Below, one piece after another: positions 30,669-42,223 of a stretch of 64,000 nucleotides of DNA. The translations under genes and the position numbers were made by a program. The notes beneath the pieces were generated by a model. The model saw only the letters and a list, made by a program, of their open reading frames with translations, made no database searches and was not told the origin of the DNA. The DNA is from an uncultured Chloroflexia bacterium (GTDB taxonomy: Bacteria; Chloroflexota; Limnocylindria; Limnocylindrales; CSP1-4): positions 52,952-116,951 of the forward strand of contig CAWJHK010000011.1 of the NCBI GenBank assembly GCA_963842695.1, given 5' to 3'. Each line of letters begins with the position of its first letter. The stretch's first letter is position 1.

Positions 30669-31738
30669 TTGACGTCGGGCCGGATGAGCCGGTTGTCGGC
30701 GGCCTGCTCGAGGGCGTGGGCCGTCCAGCCGGCGTGGCGCGCCAGCGAGAACGTGGCCGGGAAGAGGTCGGGCGTCAGGCCGACGCCCATCAGCACCGGG
30801 GCCGCGTAGTACTCGACGTTCGTCTTGAGCGGGCGCTCGGGATGCTTCTCCGCCAGGACCCGGAGGACGACGTCCTCGACTTCGATCGCCAGCTGGAGCC
30901 AGTCCGGCGGGTTGGGCATCGACTCGGCGACCTTGCGCAGCGCCGCGGCGCGGGGGTCGTAGGCACGGTAGACGCGGTGGCCGAAGCCCATCAGCCGCTC
31001 ACCGCGGCCGAGCGCGTCGCGGACCCAGGCCTCGGCGTGGTCGGCCGAGCCGACCTGTGACAGCTGGTCGACCACCTCGGACGGCGCGCCACCGTGCAGC
31101 GGGCCCTTCATCGTGCCGATCGCGGCGGCCACCGCGGACGCCAGGTCGGAGCGGGTCGACGTCACGACACGTGCCGTGAAGGTCGATGCATTGAAGCCGT
31201 GCTCGGCACCGACGATGAAGTACGCGTCGAGCGCGCGGGCCGTACCGGGATCGGGCAGGACGCCCTTGAGCTGGTAGAGGAAGCCCTCGACGAGGTCGAG
31301 CGAGGGGTCGGGCTCGATCGGTCGCTCGCCGGCCCGAAGGCGGGCGAAGGCGGCGAGGGCGGACGGCGCGAACGAGGTGATCGCCCGTGCCTGGTCGACC
31401 GTCGGCGGCCACGGCAGCGGCTGGGTCGCGCCCCAGGCCGAGATCGCGGTCCGGAGCGCGTCCATCGGCTTGGCGTTGGTCGGAAGCGCACGGAGGACGG
31501 TCATCACCGCGTCCGGCACGGGTGCGGTCGGCAGCCGGTGACCCGCGTCCCAGTCGCCGGTCCACAGCAGGTTGGCGATGGCCGGATAGGTTCCGTGGTC
31601 GACGAGATCGCCGATCCGGTAGCCGCGATACAGGAGCCGGCCGTGCTCGCCGTCGACATAGCCGAGGGACGTCTCGCCGGCGATGACGCCCTCGAGACCG
31701 GGGGAATACGGGCGCTGGGCGGTCGGCGCGTCGGTCAT
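30632..31738 (-). CDS. citrate synthase (type II, GltA/PrpC-like)
   Basis: Intact 368 aa; ...GFGHRVY... (catalytic His loop); ...AHALEQ... Confidence 0.85.
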   Translation of the reverse strand: MTDAPTAQRPYSPGLEGVIAGETSLGYVDGEHGRLLYRGYRIGDLVDHGTYPAIANLLWTGDWDAGHRLPTAPVPDAVMTVLRALPTNAKPMDALRTAISAWGATQPLPWPPTVDQARAITSFAPSALAAFARLRAGERPIEPDPSLDLVEGFLYQLKGVLPDPGTARALDAYFIVGAEHGFNASTFTARVVTSTRSDLASAVAAAIGTMKGPLHGGAPSEVVDQLSQVGSADHAEAWVRDALGRGERLMGFGHRVYRAYDPRAAALRKVAESMPNPPDWLQLAIEVEDVVLRVLAEKHPERPLKTNVEYYAAPVLMGVGLTPDLFPATFSLARHAGWTAHALEQAADNRLIRPDVNYVGPAERDLPA

Positions 31739-31760
31739 GCGTCGATGGTAGTCGCGTCCC

Positions 31761-32018
31761 TCAGCGTTCGCTTATCGCGTTCAGGACAAGCCGGACGACG
31801 AGCGATCCGAACACGGCGACGACGAGCGCCGCGATGAACCCCTGCACCGTCTCGAAGCCCATGGCGGTCGCCAGCCAGCCACCCAGCAGTCCGCCGAGGA
31901 CGCCGACCAGAATGTTCGGGAAGCAGCCACGGGCCGTCCGCGCACCGATCAGCGCCGCCGAGATCCAGCCGGCGAAGCCACCGACCACGATCCAGCCGAT
32001 CACGTTCATATCCAGCAT
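31761..32018 (-). CDS. GlsB/YeaQ/YmgE-family small membrane stress protein
   Basis: 85 aa; ...GWIVVGGFAGWISAALIG...ILVGVLGGLLGGWLA... Confidence 0.7.
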   Translation of the reverse strand: MLDMNVIGWIVVGGFAGWISAALIGARTARGCFPNILVGVLGGLLGGWLATAMGFETVQGFIAALVVAVFGSLVVRLVLNAISER

Positions 32019-32075
32019 GGGACGAATCTTGCACGAACGGCGTCGTGCGGGATGGCGCGGGCGTGCCCACGTCGG

Positions 32076-32886
32076 TCAGGCCAGGAATGCCTCGATGGCG
32101 GCGACGAACGTGTTGGGATGCGTGTGGTGCGCTGCGTGGCGGGCGCCGTCGATGACGACGATCCGGCCGTCGCCAAGCCGGTCGTCGAGGGCCTCCGTCG
32201 CGGACCGGAAGACGGGCAGGCTCGCGCCGCCGAGGACCTGGAGCACCGGCTGTCGCACGGCTCCGAGGCGCTCGACCGACGCGGCCTGGTCGGTTTCGGC
32301 CTCGAGCTCGCGCAGGATCGTGTCCGCAGCCGCGGCGCGAACCGGCCAGATCGGGTCTGCCCTGTAGGCAGCCAGCTCGGTGGCGGACATCCCGACGACC
32401 TCGCGCATGAAGGTCGCCAGCGCCCCGTCGCGATCGCCGCGGGCGAGGTGGTCGCGGAGGCGATCCTCGACGCCCGGCGGGTGGTAGCTCGGCCCCCGCC
32501 GGCGTCGGGGCGCCCTCGTAGCTCACCACGCGCCGGATCGCCGGGGTGAGCAGCGCAGCACCGAGCGCCGACCGTCCGCCGTACGAATGACCGACCACGT
32601 CGACCGGGCCACCATGCTCGGCGGCCAGCGTTTGGGCGATCGCAGCGACGTCCTCGAACTCCCGCTCGATCGCATAGGGCTGCGTGTCGCCGGAAGCGCC
32701 CCGGCCGCGCCGATCCACGGCGTGGACGGCATGGCGCGTCGCAAGGCGTGGCGCCACGACCCGGAACGTCGTGTGGTCGCCGGTCGTGCCATGGACGAGA
32801 ACGACCGGCGGGCCCTTGCCCGTTGCGAACACGGCGATCGACGTCCCATCGGCCGACGTGACAAGCCAGGTGGGCTCCGTCGTCAC
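32076..32886 (-). CDS. alpha/beta hydrolase, frameshifted
   Basis: VVLVHGTTGDH...; VDVVGHSYGGRSAL (nucleophile elbow); C-terminal ...GARHAAHHTHP... Confidence 0.6.
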
Positions 32887-32887
32887 C

Positions 32888-33675
32888 TCAGGTCGGGAGC
32901 GCCGACGCCGCGTCGGCGTCGAGGATCCACGTGGCGTTCGGGAGAACGGCCAGTTGGCCGGGCCAGCGGCGCGGGTCGCGGACGGGACCGAGGACGTTGG
33001 CCACGGCCTCCGCCTTGCCGGCGCCCTGGACGACCATCAGGACCGCTCGCGCGACGCCGATGACCGCCGGATTGAGGGTCACGCGCTCGATGTGGGGCTC
33101 GATGTGGGTCGGTGCCGGAACGGCGAGCGCGAGCTCCTTTGAGTCCAAGCCGGCGGAACCCGGAAACACGGACAGCAGGTGGCCGTCCGGGCCAAGTCCG
33201 AGAAAGATCAGGTCGAACACCGGCCAGCCGTCCTCCTGCTCCAGGTTCGCTGCCCGCAGCTCCCCGGCCAGGGCAGCGGCGCACCCGGCGGCGCCCACCC
33301 CCGACCCGATCGCCTCCGCGGTCCGGAACGGATGCAGGTTCTCGACCGGCAGGGGGACCCCGCGACGATGCGAGGCGTTCGGCGAGTTGCCATCGACGTC
33401 GTCGATCAGGACGTCGTCGAGCGCCTTGACGTTCGACGCCGGGTGGTCGCGCGGGACGAACCGGTCGTCCCCCCACCAGACATGGACGTCCTGCCACGGC
33501 ACCGCCGTCAGCAGCGGCGGTTCCGCGAGGCGTCGGTAGATCCCGACCGGGGTCGAGCCGCCGGTCGTCGCCCAGTCCGCGCGGCCGCGGCGAGCGACCG
33601 CGTCGGCGAGGGCCGTGGCGATCCGCTCCGCAGCTACCGCCGATGCTGCCCCTGCGTCCGCGACGACCGTCACGC
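32888..33675 (-). CDS. pgl: 6-phosphogluconolactonase
   Basis: ...WATTGGSTPVGIYRRLA...VHVWWGDDRFVP...FDLIFLGLGPDGHLLSVFPGS... Confidence 0.75.
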
Positions 33676-33684
33676 TCGTCTCCC

Positions 33685-34941
33685 TCACGCACCCCCCCAG
33701 TGCGGCCCCACGATCGCCGCGGCCGAGCGGAGCGCGCCGACCGACACGAAGTCCTGGCCGCTCGACTCGATCGCCTCCGCCAGGAGCTCGACGTCGGTGC
33801 GCCGCGGCGCCCGGAACTGGCGTTCCATGACTTCGACGCCGTCCTGCCAGACGCGGACGTGGACGGTCTCGGCCTCGGCGGTGACGTCGGCGCGCAGCTC
33901 CGACGCGCGTCGCTCGGCGAGGAGCTCGACGCGGAGGGTCGTCCCGGGCGGCGTCGGTGAGGCCACGGGTCGGACCACCACCGCCACCTCGGACCGGCCG
34001 TCCGACAGGGTCGCCGCCACGCCGCGGCTCATTGCGGGACGTGCGTTTCCATGCGCGGCACGGGCACGTGACGTGACGGAGGCGTGCATGCCGGTGACCG
34101 GCGAGAGCGGCTTCGAGACCGAAAGGTTCAGTCGGGATGCGAGCCACCCGACGTGGTAGATGGGCTTGACGACGTTGGTCGAGCCGGGCGCGCCGGTCTC
34201 GTCGTGGGTCGAGTACGTCACCGCGATCCGTCGCAGCGATCGCAGGTACGGCAGGAAGTCCGGGTCGTCGAAGATCGAGGCGATCGCCTCACGCCAGCGC
34301 GCCTGGCGCAGGAGCGCGAAGTCGCTGATCGCGAGGGACGAATGCTCGACGAGGTGCGCCATCTCGCGCAGTCGCGGGAGCCCGTCGCCGCTCCACGACG
34401 AGCCGTCGACGATGAGCCGATCGGCAGCCTCCAGCAGATCCTTCGCCGGCCGGCCCGTGAGCGGTGGCTCACCGGGCCACCAGATGGTGACCGGCAGGTC
34501 GTGCACGATCAGCGGCGTGGCGATCGCGGCGAGGTGCAGGCCGGCGTCGCCGCCGCAGGTCACATGGATGGTCTCGGAGCAGGTCTCCGGGGCGTCCTCA
34601 CGCGGCACCACGCAGTGCGCCTCGACCCGCGCGTCGAACCACGACGGGCCGTCCGGATCGGCGGACGACACGACGATCGTCCGTGACGGATGACGCCCGG
34701 TCAGGAGCTGCATCGTCGCCGCGCAGCGTTCCGCGATCTCCGGGCGGCGGACGATGACGATCAGGTTCATGACGCTCGTCCGGGCGGCGACATGGCGGCC
34801 CGGCGCACCATCGACGGTGGCCGTCAGATCCTGCTCGGACCAGATCCGCGCGAGCTGCGTCTCGATCTCGGCGATGCTGTGGGCACGCGCCGACCAGCGC
34901 AGGACGGGCTCGCCGACCACGATAGGCTCGGTGACGGTCAT
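33685..34941 (-). CDS. opcA: glucose-6-phosphate dehydrogenase assembly protein OpcA
   Basis: MTVTEPIVVGEPVLRW...TSVMNLIVIV...LPVTIWWPGEPP... Located between zwf and pgl as in actinobacteria. Confidence 0.8.
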   Translation of the reverse strand: MTVTEPIVVGEPVLRWSARAHSIAEIETQLARIWSEQDLTATVDGAPGRHVAARTSVMNLIVIVRRPEIAERCAATMQLLTGRHPSRTIVVSSADPDGPSWFDARVEAHCVVPREDAPETCSETIHVTCGGDAGLHLAAIATPLIVHDLPVTIWWPGEPPLTGRPAKDLLEAADRLIVDGSSWSGDGLPRLREMAHLVEHSSLAISDFALLRQARWREAIASIFDDPDFLPYLRSLRRIAVTYSTHDETGAPGSTNVVKPIYHVGWLASRLNLSVSKPLSPVTGMHASVTSRARAAHGNARPAMSRGVAATLSDGRSEVAVVVRPVASPTPPGTTLRVELLAERRASELRADVTAEAETVHVRVWQDGVEVMERQFRAPRRTDVELLAEAIESSGQDFVSVGALRSAAAIVGPHWGGA

Positions 34942-34951
34942 CGCGACCGGC

Positions 34952-36655
34952 TCAGAACCGTCGCCAACGTCGGCCGTCGCGGGCAAGCAGCTCTTCGGCG
35001 GCCTCCGGTCCCCAGGTCCCGGCGTCATAGTTCGGGAAGTCGGGCGGCCCTTCATCGGCCCAGGCCTCGATGACCGGATCGACGATGTCCCATGCCTCCT
35101 CGGTCTCGTCGGCGCGGGTGAAGAGCGAAGCGTCACCCTGGAGCGCATCGAGGATCAGGGTCTCGTAGGCATCCGGCGAGTCGACGCTGAACGCCGAGCC
35201 GTAGGTGAAGTCCATGGTCACCGCACGGATGTCGAGCCGCAGGCCCGGGACCTTGGCGCCGAACCGCAGCATGATGCCCTCGTCGGGCTGGATCCGGATC
35301 GCCAGCAGGTTCGCGCCGGGGCTGATGCCGGCCTCCTTGAACAGCCGATGCGGGACCTCGCGGAACTGGATCGCGATCTCCGTCGCCCGCTTCGGCATCC
35401 GCTTGCCCGTCCTGACGTAGAACGGGACGCCCGACCAGCGCCAGTCGTCGATCGTGAGGCGGGCGGCGACGAACGTCTCGGTCTCGGAGGTTGGGTCGAC
35501 CTCCTCTTCCTGGCGGTAGCCCGGGACCTTCGTGGCGGCCACCCAGCCGGGACCGTACTGGCCGCGGACCGCATCGACGGCTTCGAGCGGATCGCTGGAG
35601 ATCGCACGCAGGACCTTGACCTTCTCGTCGCGGAGCGCGTCGGCCTCGAACCGAGCGGGTGGCTCCATCGCCACCAGGCTGACCAGCTGGAGGAGGTGGT
35701 TCTGGACGACGTCCCGCACCGCGCCGGTCTGCTCATAGAACGACCCGCGGTTCTCGATGCCGATCGACTCCGCCACCGTGATCTGCACGTGATCGACATA
35801 GCGGCGGTTCCACAGCGGCTCGAAGATGCCGTTGCCGAAGCGGAAGACCAGCAGGTTGCGGACCGTCTCCTTGCCGAGGTAGTGGTCGATCCGATAGACC
35901 TGCGACTCGCGAAAGGTCTTGGCGACCTCGCGGTTCAGGCGGCGGGCCGAGTCTCGGTCGTGGCCGAACGGCTTCTCGATGACGATCCGTCGCCAGCCGC
36001 CGTCGTGCCGCTCGTGGTCGAGGCCCACCCTTCCGAGCTGCGCGACGATGTCGGCGAACTGCGATGGCTGGGTGGCCAGGTAGTGCAGCCGGTTGCCGCG
36101 AGTCCCGAACTGCGCGTCGAGCGTCTCGAGCCTGGCCGCAAGGTCGTCGAACGCGTCCGGATCCTCGAAATCGCAGCGCTGGTAGGTGATCCGCTCCGAG
36201 AACGACTGCCAGGCATCTTCGTCGAGCGGCAGCATCCGGCTGTACTTCTCGAGCGAGGCGTGGATCTCGGCTCGGAATGTCGAGTCGTCGTACTCCCGCC
36301 GGCCGATGGCCAGGACCTGGAACTCGTGCGGCAACAGGTCGGTCCGCCACAGCTGATAGAGCGCCGGGATGACCTTGCGATGGGCGAGGTCCCCGGTTGC
36401 TCCGAACAGCACCACCGTGCAGGGATCCGGGATCCGGGCCAGGCGCAGGCCTTCGCGCAGGACGTTCTCCACCGGACGCGGCTTCGAGGGCCGCCGTCCT
36501 GCTCGCGCCTCGCGCAGCTCCTTCATCGTCCGCGGGGCGTCCTTTGGCCGCGGCGCGGGGCGAGCCGGGATCGGCTGGTCGACCGGAGCCTCGACCGGTG
36601 CCGGATCCTTGACCGGGACCTTCGACGCCCGGCCCGAGGAGCGCGTCGTGGCCAT
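34952..36655 (-). CDS. zwf: glucose-6-phosphate 1-dehydrogenase with an N-terminal extension of about 60 aa (or an internal start at M44)
   Basis: Intact; VLFGATGDLAHRKV (NADP binding), RIDHYLGKE, DHVQIT... Confidence 0.9.
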   Translation of the reverse strand: MATTRSSGRASKVPVKDPAPVEAPVDQPIPARPAPRPKDAPRTMKELREARAGRRPSKPRPVENVLREGLRLARIPDPCTVVLFGATGDLAHRKVIPALYQLWRTDLLPHEFQVLAIGRREYDDSTFRAEIHASLEKYSRMLPLDEDAWQSFSERITYQRCDFEDPDAFDDLAARLETLDAQFGTRGNRLHYLATQPSQFADIVAQLGRVGLDHERHDGGWRRIVIEKPFGHDRDSARRLNREVAKTFRESQVYRIDHYLGKETVRNLLVFRFGNGIFEPLWNRRYVDHVQITVAESIGIENRGSFYEQTGAVRDVVQNHLLQLVSLVAMEPPARFEADALRDEKVKVLRAISSDPLEAVDAVRGQYGPGWVAATKVPGYRQEEEVDPTSETETFVAARLTIDDWRWSGVPFYVRTGKRMPKRATEIAIQFREVPHRLFKEAGISPGANLLAIRIQPDEGIMLRFGAKVPGLRLDIRAVTMDFTYGSAFSVDSPDAYETLILDALQGDASLFTRADETEEAWDIVDPVIEAWADEGPPDFPNYDAGTWGPEAAEELLARDGRRWRRF

Positions 36656-36775
36656 CCCGGCTACTCGGTCTTCACCGCATGAAACCTCGGGCCGACGGCG
36701 TCGAGGGCTCCGCCTCGGACCTCGGCGCGGGCTTCGTGGGTTGCCGGGAAGCTGCGTGCCGGGTTCACTCCGTCT

Positions 36776-37671
<896 letters not shown>

Positions 37672-37674
37672 TGG

Positions 37675-39471
37675 TCAGGCCTCCGTGGCTGTGAGGGCGG
37701 CGTCGAGCGCTCGCTCGAGCGCGGCCAGCCCGGCGTCGGGATCCGCCCCGAGATGGACGCGCAGGATGGGCAGGTCGTGCGCCTCGATGGCCGCGAAGTC
37801 GCCGGCCGCCTGGGCATCGATGAGCTCGCCGAACGTGTATGGCCAGCCGGGGATGCCGACGTCCGCGGGATGGTCGGACGTCAGCTGGAGGAACCAGCCG
37901 GTGGGCGGGCCGCCCTTGTGGAGCTGGCCGGTCGAATGGAGGAAGCGCGGTCCGTAGCCGGCCGTCGTTGCCCGACCGGTGCGATCCCGCAGGAGGGCCC
38001 GGATCCGGCCGAATGCCGCGTCGCGCCCCTCGGTCGGGGCGATGAATGCCTGGAGGCACAGGTACGCGTTCTGCCGCCGGCGCGCGAGGTGCCGGACCAG
38101 CTCGGCCACGACCCCGTCGTCGCCGCTGGTCAGGCGCAGCGGGGCGTCGCCGTACAGCGTGAGTCCGTCGCCGGTCGCGATCGGGTCCGGGGCGGTGGAC
38201 CCGGCGCCGTCCCGGCCGTTGTCGCCGCTCCGGGCGCGACCGGCCCCCTCGAGCAGGTCGCGGGTCAGCTGCTTGGCCTCCTCGACGTTCGGCTGGTCGA
38301 ACGGATCGATGCCGAGGACGGCGCCGGCGATGGCGATCGCGATCTCCCAGCGGACGAACTCCGCCCCGAGGTCGATCGGGTCGGCGATCTCGATCCGGAT
38401 CACGGGATGGCCCGCCGCCTCGAGATCGTCGGCCAGCGCGTCGAGGCCGGACGCCGCTGCGCCCGAGAGCGAGAGCCGGACGAACGCCCGGTCGGCCCCG
38501 TAGGCCTGGACCGCGCCGACCGGCTCGAGGTCGACCGGGACGATGCCGACGCCGTGCTTGCCGGTGCTCTCGGCGATGAGCTGTTCGGCCCACGCGCCGA
38601 ACGCGGCGATCTCGGCATCGGCCAGGAAGGTCAGCTTGTCGCGGCCGCCGCGAGCCAGGCTGCCGACAGCGAGGCCGAGCGACACACCGGGATTGATGCC
38701 GGGATCGGGCTCGCGGCACGCGCCGAGCATCGCCGATGCCGAGGCGAGGAGGGCGTCGAGATCGATGCCGAGCAGCGATGCCGGGACCAGGCCGACGTAG
38801 GTCAGCGCCGAGTAGCGTCCGCCGATGTCGGGCGGGTTCAGGAAGATCTCGCGGAACTCGTCGTGGTGCGCGATGCCCTCCACCGAGCGCCCGGGGTCGG
38901 TGATGGCCACGAAATAGGCGCCCGGGCCCTCGTAGCGGTGGTGGGGGATCGACTCGAGCGCGGCCTCGGCACGCGCCCAGGCGTAGGCGAGGAACGCGTT
39001 CGGCTCGGTGGTCGTACCCGACTTGGACGCGACGATGACGAGCGTCCGCAGCGGATCGAGGTCGTCGAACGTCGCGGAGACGGTCGCGGGGTCGGTCGAA
39101 TCGAGGATCCGGAGGGCGACGTAGCCCTCGAGCGAGCCGAACGTCCGGCGCAGGACGTCGGGTGCGAGGCTGCTGCCGCCCATGCCCGCGACGACCGCGG
39201 TCTCGTAGCCCTCGTCGACGATCGCATCGCCGAAGCCCTCGACGCCGGCGATCTGCTCCGCGAAATGCGCGGGGGCATCGAGCCAGCCCAGCCGCTCGGC
39301 GATGGCCTCGCCCACGCGCTGGTCGGTCGACCACAGCCTGACGTCGCGGGCGAACAGCTGGTTGACCCACTCCTCGGCGCCGGCCCGGTCGACCGCCGCC
39401 TGGTAGTCGGCCGCCGCGTCACCGAGCGCGAGACGGGGAGCTGACAGGGCGGTCGAAGCAGGGTCCGGCAT
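37675..39471 (-). CDS. pgi: glucose-6-phosphate isomerase
   Basis: Intact ~599 aa; ...VVAGMGGSSLAPDV...IVASKSGTTTEP...NPPDIGGRYSALT... Confidence 0.85.
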   Translation of the reverse strand: MPDPASTALSAPRLALGDAAADYQAAVDRAGAEEWVNQLFARDVRLWSTDQRVGEAIAERLGWLDAPAHFAEQIAGVEGFGDAIVDEGYETAVVAGMGGSSLAPDVLRRTFGSLEGYVALRILDSTDPATVSATFDDLDPLRTLVIVASKSGTTTEPNAFLAYAWARAEAALESIPHHRYEGPGAYFVAITDPGRSVEGIAHHDEFREIFLNPPDIGGRYSALTYVGLVPASLLGIDLDALLASASAMLGACREPDPGINPGVSLGLAVGSLARGGRDKLTFLADAEIAAFGAWAEQLIAESTGKHGVGIVPVDLEPVGAVQAYGADRAFVRLSLSGAAASGLDALADDLEAAGHPVIRIEIADPIDLGAEFVRWEIAIAIAGAVLGIDPFDQPNVEEAKQLTRDLLEGAGRARSGDNGRDGAGSTAPDPIATGDGLTLYGDAPLRLTSGDDGVVAELVRHLARRRQNAYLCLQAFIAPTEGRDAAFGRIRALLRDRTGRATTAGYGPRFLHSTGQLHKGGPPTGWFLQLTSDHPADVGIPGWPYTFGELIDAQAAGDFAAIEAHDLPILRVHLGADPDAGLAALERALDAALTATEA

Positions 39472-39600
39472 CGTGGCCTCCGGGCGACGGGGCGTCCATG
39501 GTACGCCCGCCCCGATGGTACGCGGCGACGGTCGGAGTGCCACCGGCCGTTGGTTATCGGGACGTTGCGTTCGTGTTTCGGGTCGCTCCGGGATCGGCGG

Positions 39601-41572
39601 TCAGCCCTCTGCGGTCGCCGGCTCCGGTCGGAAGCGGAAGTAGGACCACAACCCGCCGGTCGTCAGCATGAACGCCCCGAGGGTGAAGAGGACGACCCGG
39701 ACATTCGTCTGCTCGAACGCGCTCAGGTACGCGGCGCTCTGGTTCAGCAGGAGCTGCCACCACAGGAACGTCACGATCCCGAAGACGATCGCCCAGCCGA
39801 GACGGCTCCAGGCCTTGACCGTCGCCCCGTCCATGAACGTCAGCGGGATCATGGTGATGAACAGGCCCTCGAGGCCGCCGATGACGATCATCCCGAGGAT
39901 CGTCTCCGCCAGTGCCGGTAGCGGCTCGCCACCTGCCGCGGCGGCCCGCACCGGGCCGAGCAGCAGCCATGCGAGCAGGCTGACGATGAGGACCCCGAAC
40001 GCCGGGACGAGCACGAGGGTCGCGTCGTCCCGGCGAGCCAGCGCGACCGGGGCGACGATCACGGCCGACGCGATGAACCCGTAGACGAGTCCCGGCGAGA
40101 AGTCGACCAGTCGCGACATCACGACGGCCAGGATGGCAACGACGATCGCCGTCCCGTACAGCTTGATCGAGGCCTCCGCGCGATAGCGGTTGTGGGCCAG
40201 TCGTGTCGCCGACCCCTCCGAGAAGATCGTCAGGAAGCCGCAGCCGATGATCAGCGACACGATCAGCACGAGGCTCTGCGGGTTCCAGCCGAAGTCGGGG
40301 CTGAGGAAGCCGTAGATGATCCCGAGCAGGCTGAGGACGAGGAGCACACGGGCCATGCTTCCGATCCGTCCGGAGCCCGACAGCCGGCCGAGCGACGAGC
40401 CGCTGATGTTGAGCGCGGCGAGCGCCGTCAGCGGACGTCCGAAGATCCGGACCCACCAGCCGTGGACCTCGTCACGGTTGGCGTCCATGGTGCTGTTGAA
40501 GATCTCGGCAGTGAGTCCGAACAGGAACAGCACGAGAAGGGTCAGCAGGACGTTGGTCGCCACGACGGCCGGATCGATCGCGCCCGGATCCGGTCCACCG
40601 ATGGTCGACACGATCTGAGGCACGAAGCGATTCGGCGCCGACGACGCCGGAGGGACGATCGCGCCCTGGCCGGGCGACGCCGTCGGTCGGGGTGGGCTGG
40701 TCGCCCCGAGGACCGCCTGCGACGGCGGAGGGCTCGGCGGCTCGGATGGCGAGGAGGCTGCCGACGCGCTCGTCGACGGCGTGGGCGATGCCGTGGGCGT
40801 GGGCGACGCGGTCGGGGTAGCGGTCACCCTGGGTGTGCGGGTCGGCGTGGGCGTCGGGGTCGGTGTCGGCGCGGGCTTGACCGTGAACGTGGCCGACTTC
40901 TTGAATTCCTGGCACCCATCGCTGTTGCAGGCGATGGCGCTGACCGTGTGCTTGCCGGGGGCGTTGGGCAGCGGCACGGGCCCGAACTTGATGACGGCCA
41001 CGCAATTCGCATCCAGCGGCACGCGCGAGCCCTGTGGCGTGCCGTCCCACGAGAACTCGACCTCGGGCCACGCACCGCACGGATCCTCGCCGGTCGAATA
41101 CGTGACCGTGAGGCTCGTCGTGGCCAGGCCGGTCTTCTTCGACAGGACGAGTGTGGGCGTCGGATCGAGGTAGTAGTCGACGTCGGACCGGGTCGGCGCA
41201 CCCGCGAACGGCTGGCATTGGGAGCGGACGTAGTAGCACGCCGAGACCCGATGGAAGCCCGTGGTCGCACCGGATGGCGGCAGGAACGAGACGTTCGTTG
41301 CGATCTTCTCGCAGCCTCCTGCCACGGGGAGCGGTTCCGAGACGGTCGGTGCCGTCCCAGAGGAATGTCACGGTCGGCGGGCAGGTTCCGGCGCCCGATG
41401 GGTCCAGGAACGTATAGGCCGCGATGACCTTGACAGCGGCACGTCCATGGCTCGGATCGATCACGAGCTGGCCGTCCGCCATCGCGGTCGGCACGCGGCT
41501 CGAGGCGCCGACCAGTGCCAGCGCGATCGCCGCGCCGACCACGAGCGCCTGGCGCGCGCCAACCCGACCCAC
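39601..41572 (-). CDS. large secreted/membrane protein: signal peptide, two Ig-like repeats, Pro/Thr linker, C-terminal 8-TM domain of unknown function; one frameshift near 41330
   Basis: MGRVGARQALVVGAAIALALVGASS...; repeats ...CPPTVTFLWDGTDRLGTAP and ...WPEVEFSWDGTPQGSRVPL; PTPTPTPTPT linker; hydrophobic C-terminal half. Embedded between pgi and rpiB. Confidence 0.6.
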
Positions 41573-41646
41573 GTCGGGACAGCAGGCCCTCCAGCCGTGT
41601 CATCGAATGCGTCCCTCGTCCTCGCCCCGTCAGGGATCGCCGAACC

Positions 41647-41668
41647 CCTCAACGTCCCGGGACGCTTG
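41647..41668. promoter_or_regulatory. near-perfect palindrome TCAACGTCCCGGGACGCTTGA in the promoter / 5'-UTR of the large membrane protein gene
   Basis: 10/11-bp arms centred on CCCGGG, about 80 bp upstream of the gene start; a TTGACA -35-like hexamer lies nearby. Confidence 0.3.
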
Positions 41669-41740
41669 ACGGCTCGGCAGAGACGCAGTGTTGGATCGGA
41701 CGATCGGGGTGTCAATCGTCTTTTGTCAGGCCCACCGAGC

Positions 41741-42205
41741 CTACTCCTCGGTCGCGGCGGCCTCCATGGCGAGGACCTTGCCGAGCCGCCGGACGTGCCG
41801 CGGCTCGCCGCTGAACGAGGCCCGCAGGAAGGCGAGGACGCACTCGAAGGCCGGCTCGGGCCCGATCACCCGGGCGCCGAGGGTCAGCACGTTCATGTCA
41901 TCGTGCTCGACGCCCTGATGCGCCGAATAGGTGTCGTGGCAGACCGCCGATCGGATCCCGCGCATCTTGTTGGCCGCCACCGACGCGCCAACCCCGGAGC
42001 CGCAGATCAGGATCCCACGCTCGGCGGACCCGCCGGCGACGGCCTCACCCAGGCGCCGGGCGAAGTCGGGGTAGTCGTCGTTCGGGTCCGACCCGTCGCC
42101 ACCGAGATCGATCAGCTCGTGCCCGAGCCCCGCACCGGCGATCCGTCGCAGGAGCTCGTCCTTGAGGGCCGCGCCGGCATGATCGGCCGAGAAGGCGACA
42201 CGCAT
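41741..42205 (-). CDS. rpiB: ribose-5-phosphate isomerase B
   Basis: Intact 154 aa; [15 protein letters not shown]...[16 protein letters not shown]... Confidence 0.85.
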   Translation of the reverse strand: MRVAFSADHAGAALKDELLRRIAGAGLGHELIDLGGDGSDPNDDYPDFARRLGEAVAGGSAERGILICGSGVGASVAANKMRGIRSAVCHDTYSAHQGVEHDDMNVLTLGARVIGPEPAFECVLAFLRASFSGEPRHVRRLGKVLAMEAAATEE

Positions 42206-42223
42206 GACGGCAGGATAGGGCGG

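Noticed and set aside
34754-36682. 642-aa plus-strand ORF
   Set aside because: Antisense to zwf.
40750-40900. Short tandem repeat (ACGCCG / PTPTPT-encoding) that could be mistaken for a CRISPR or VNTR array
   Set aside because: It is the in-frame Pro/Thr linker of the membrane protein, with no spacer-repeat architecture.
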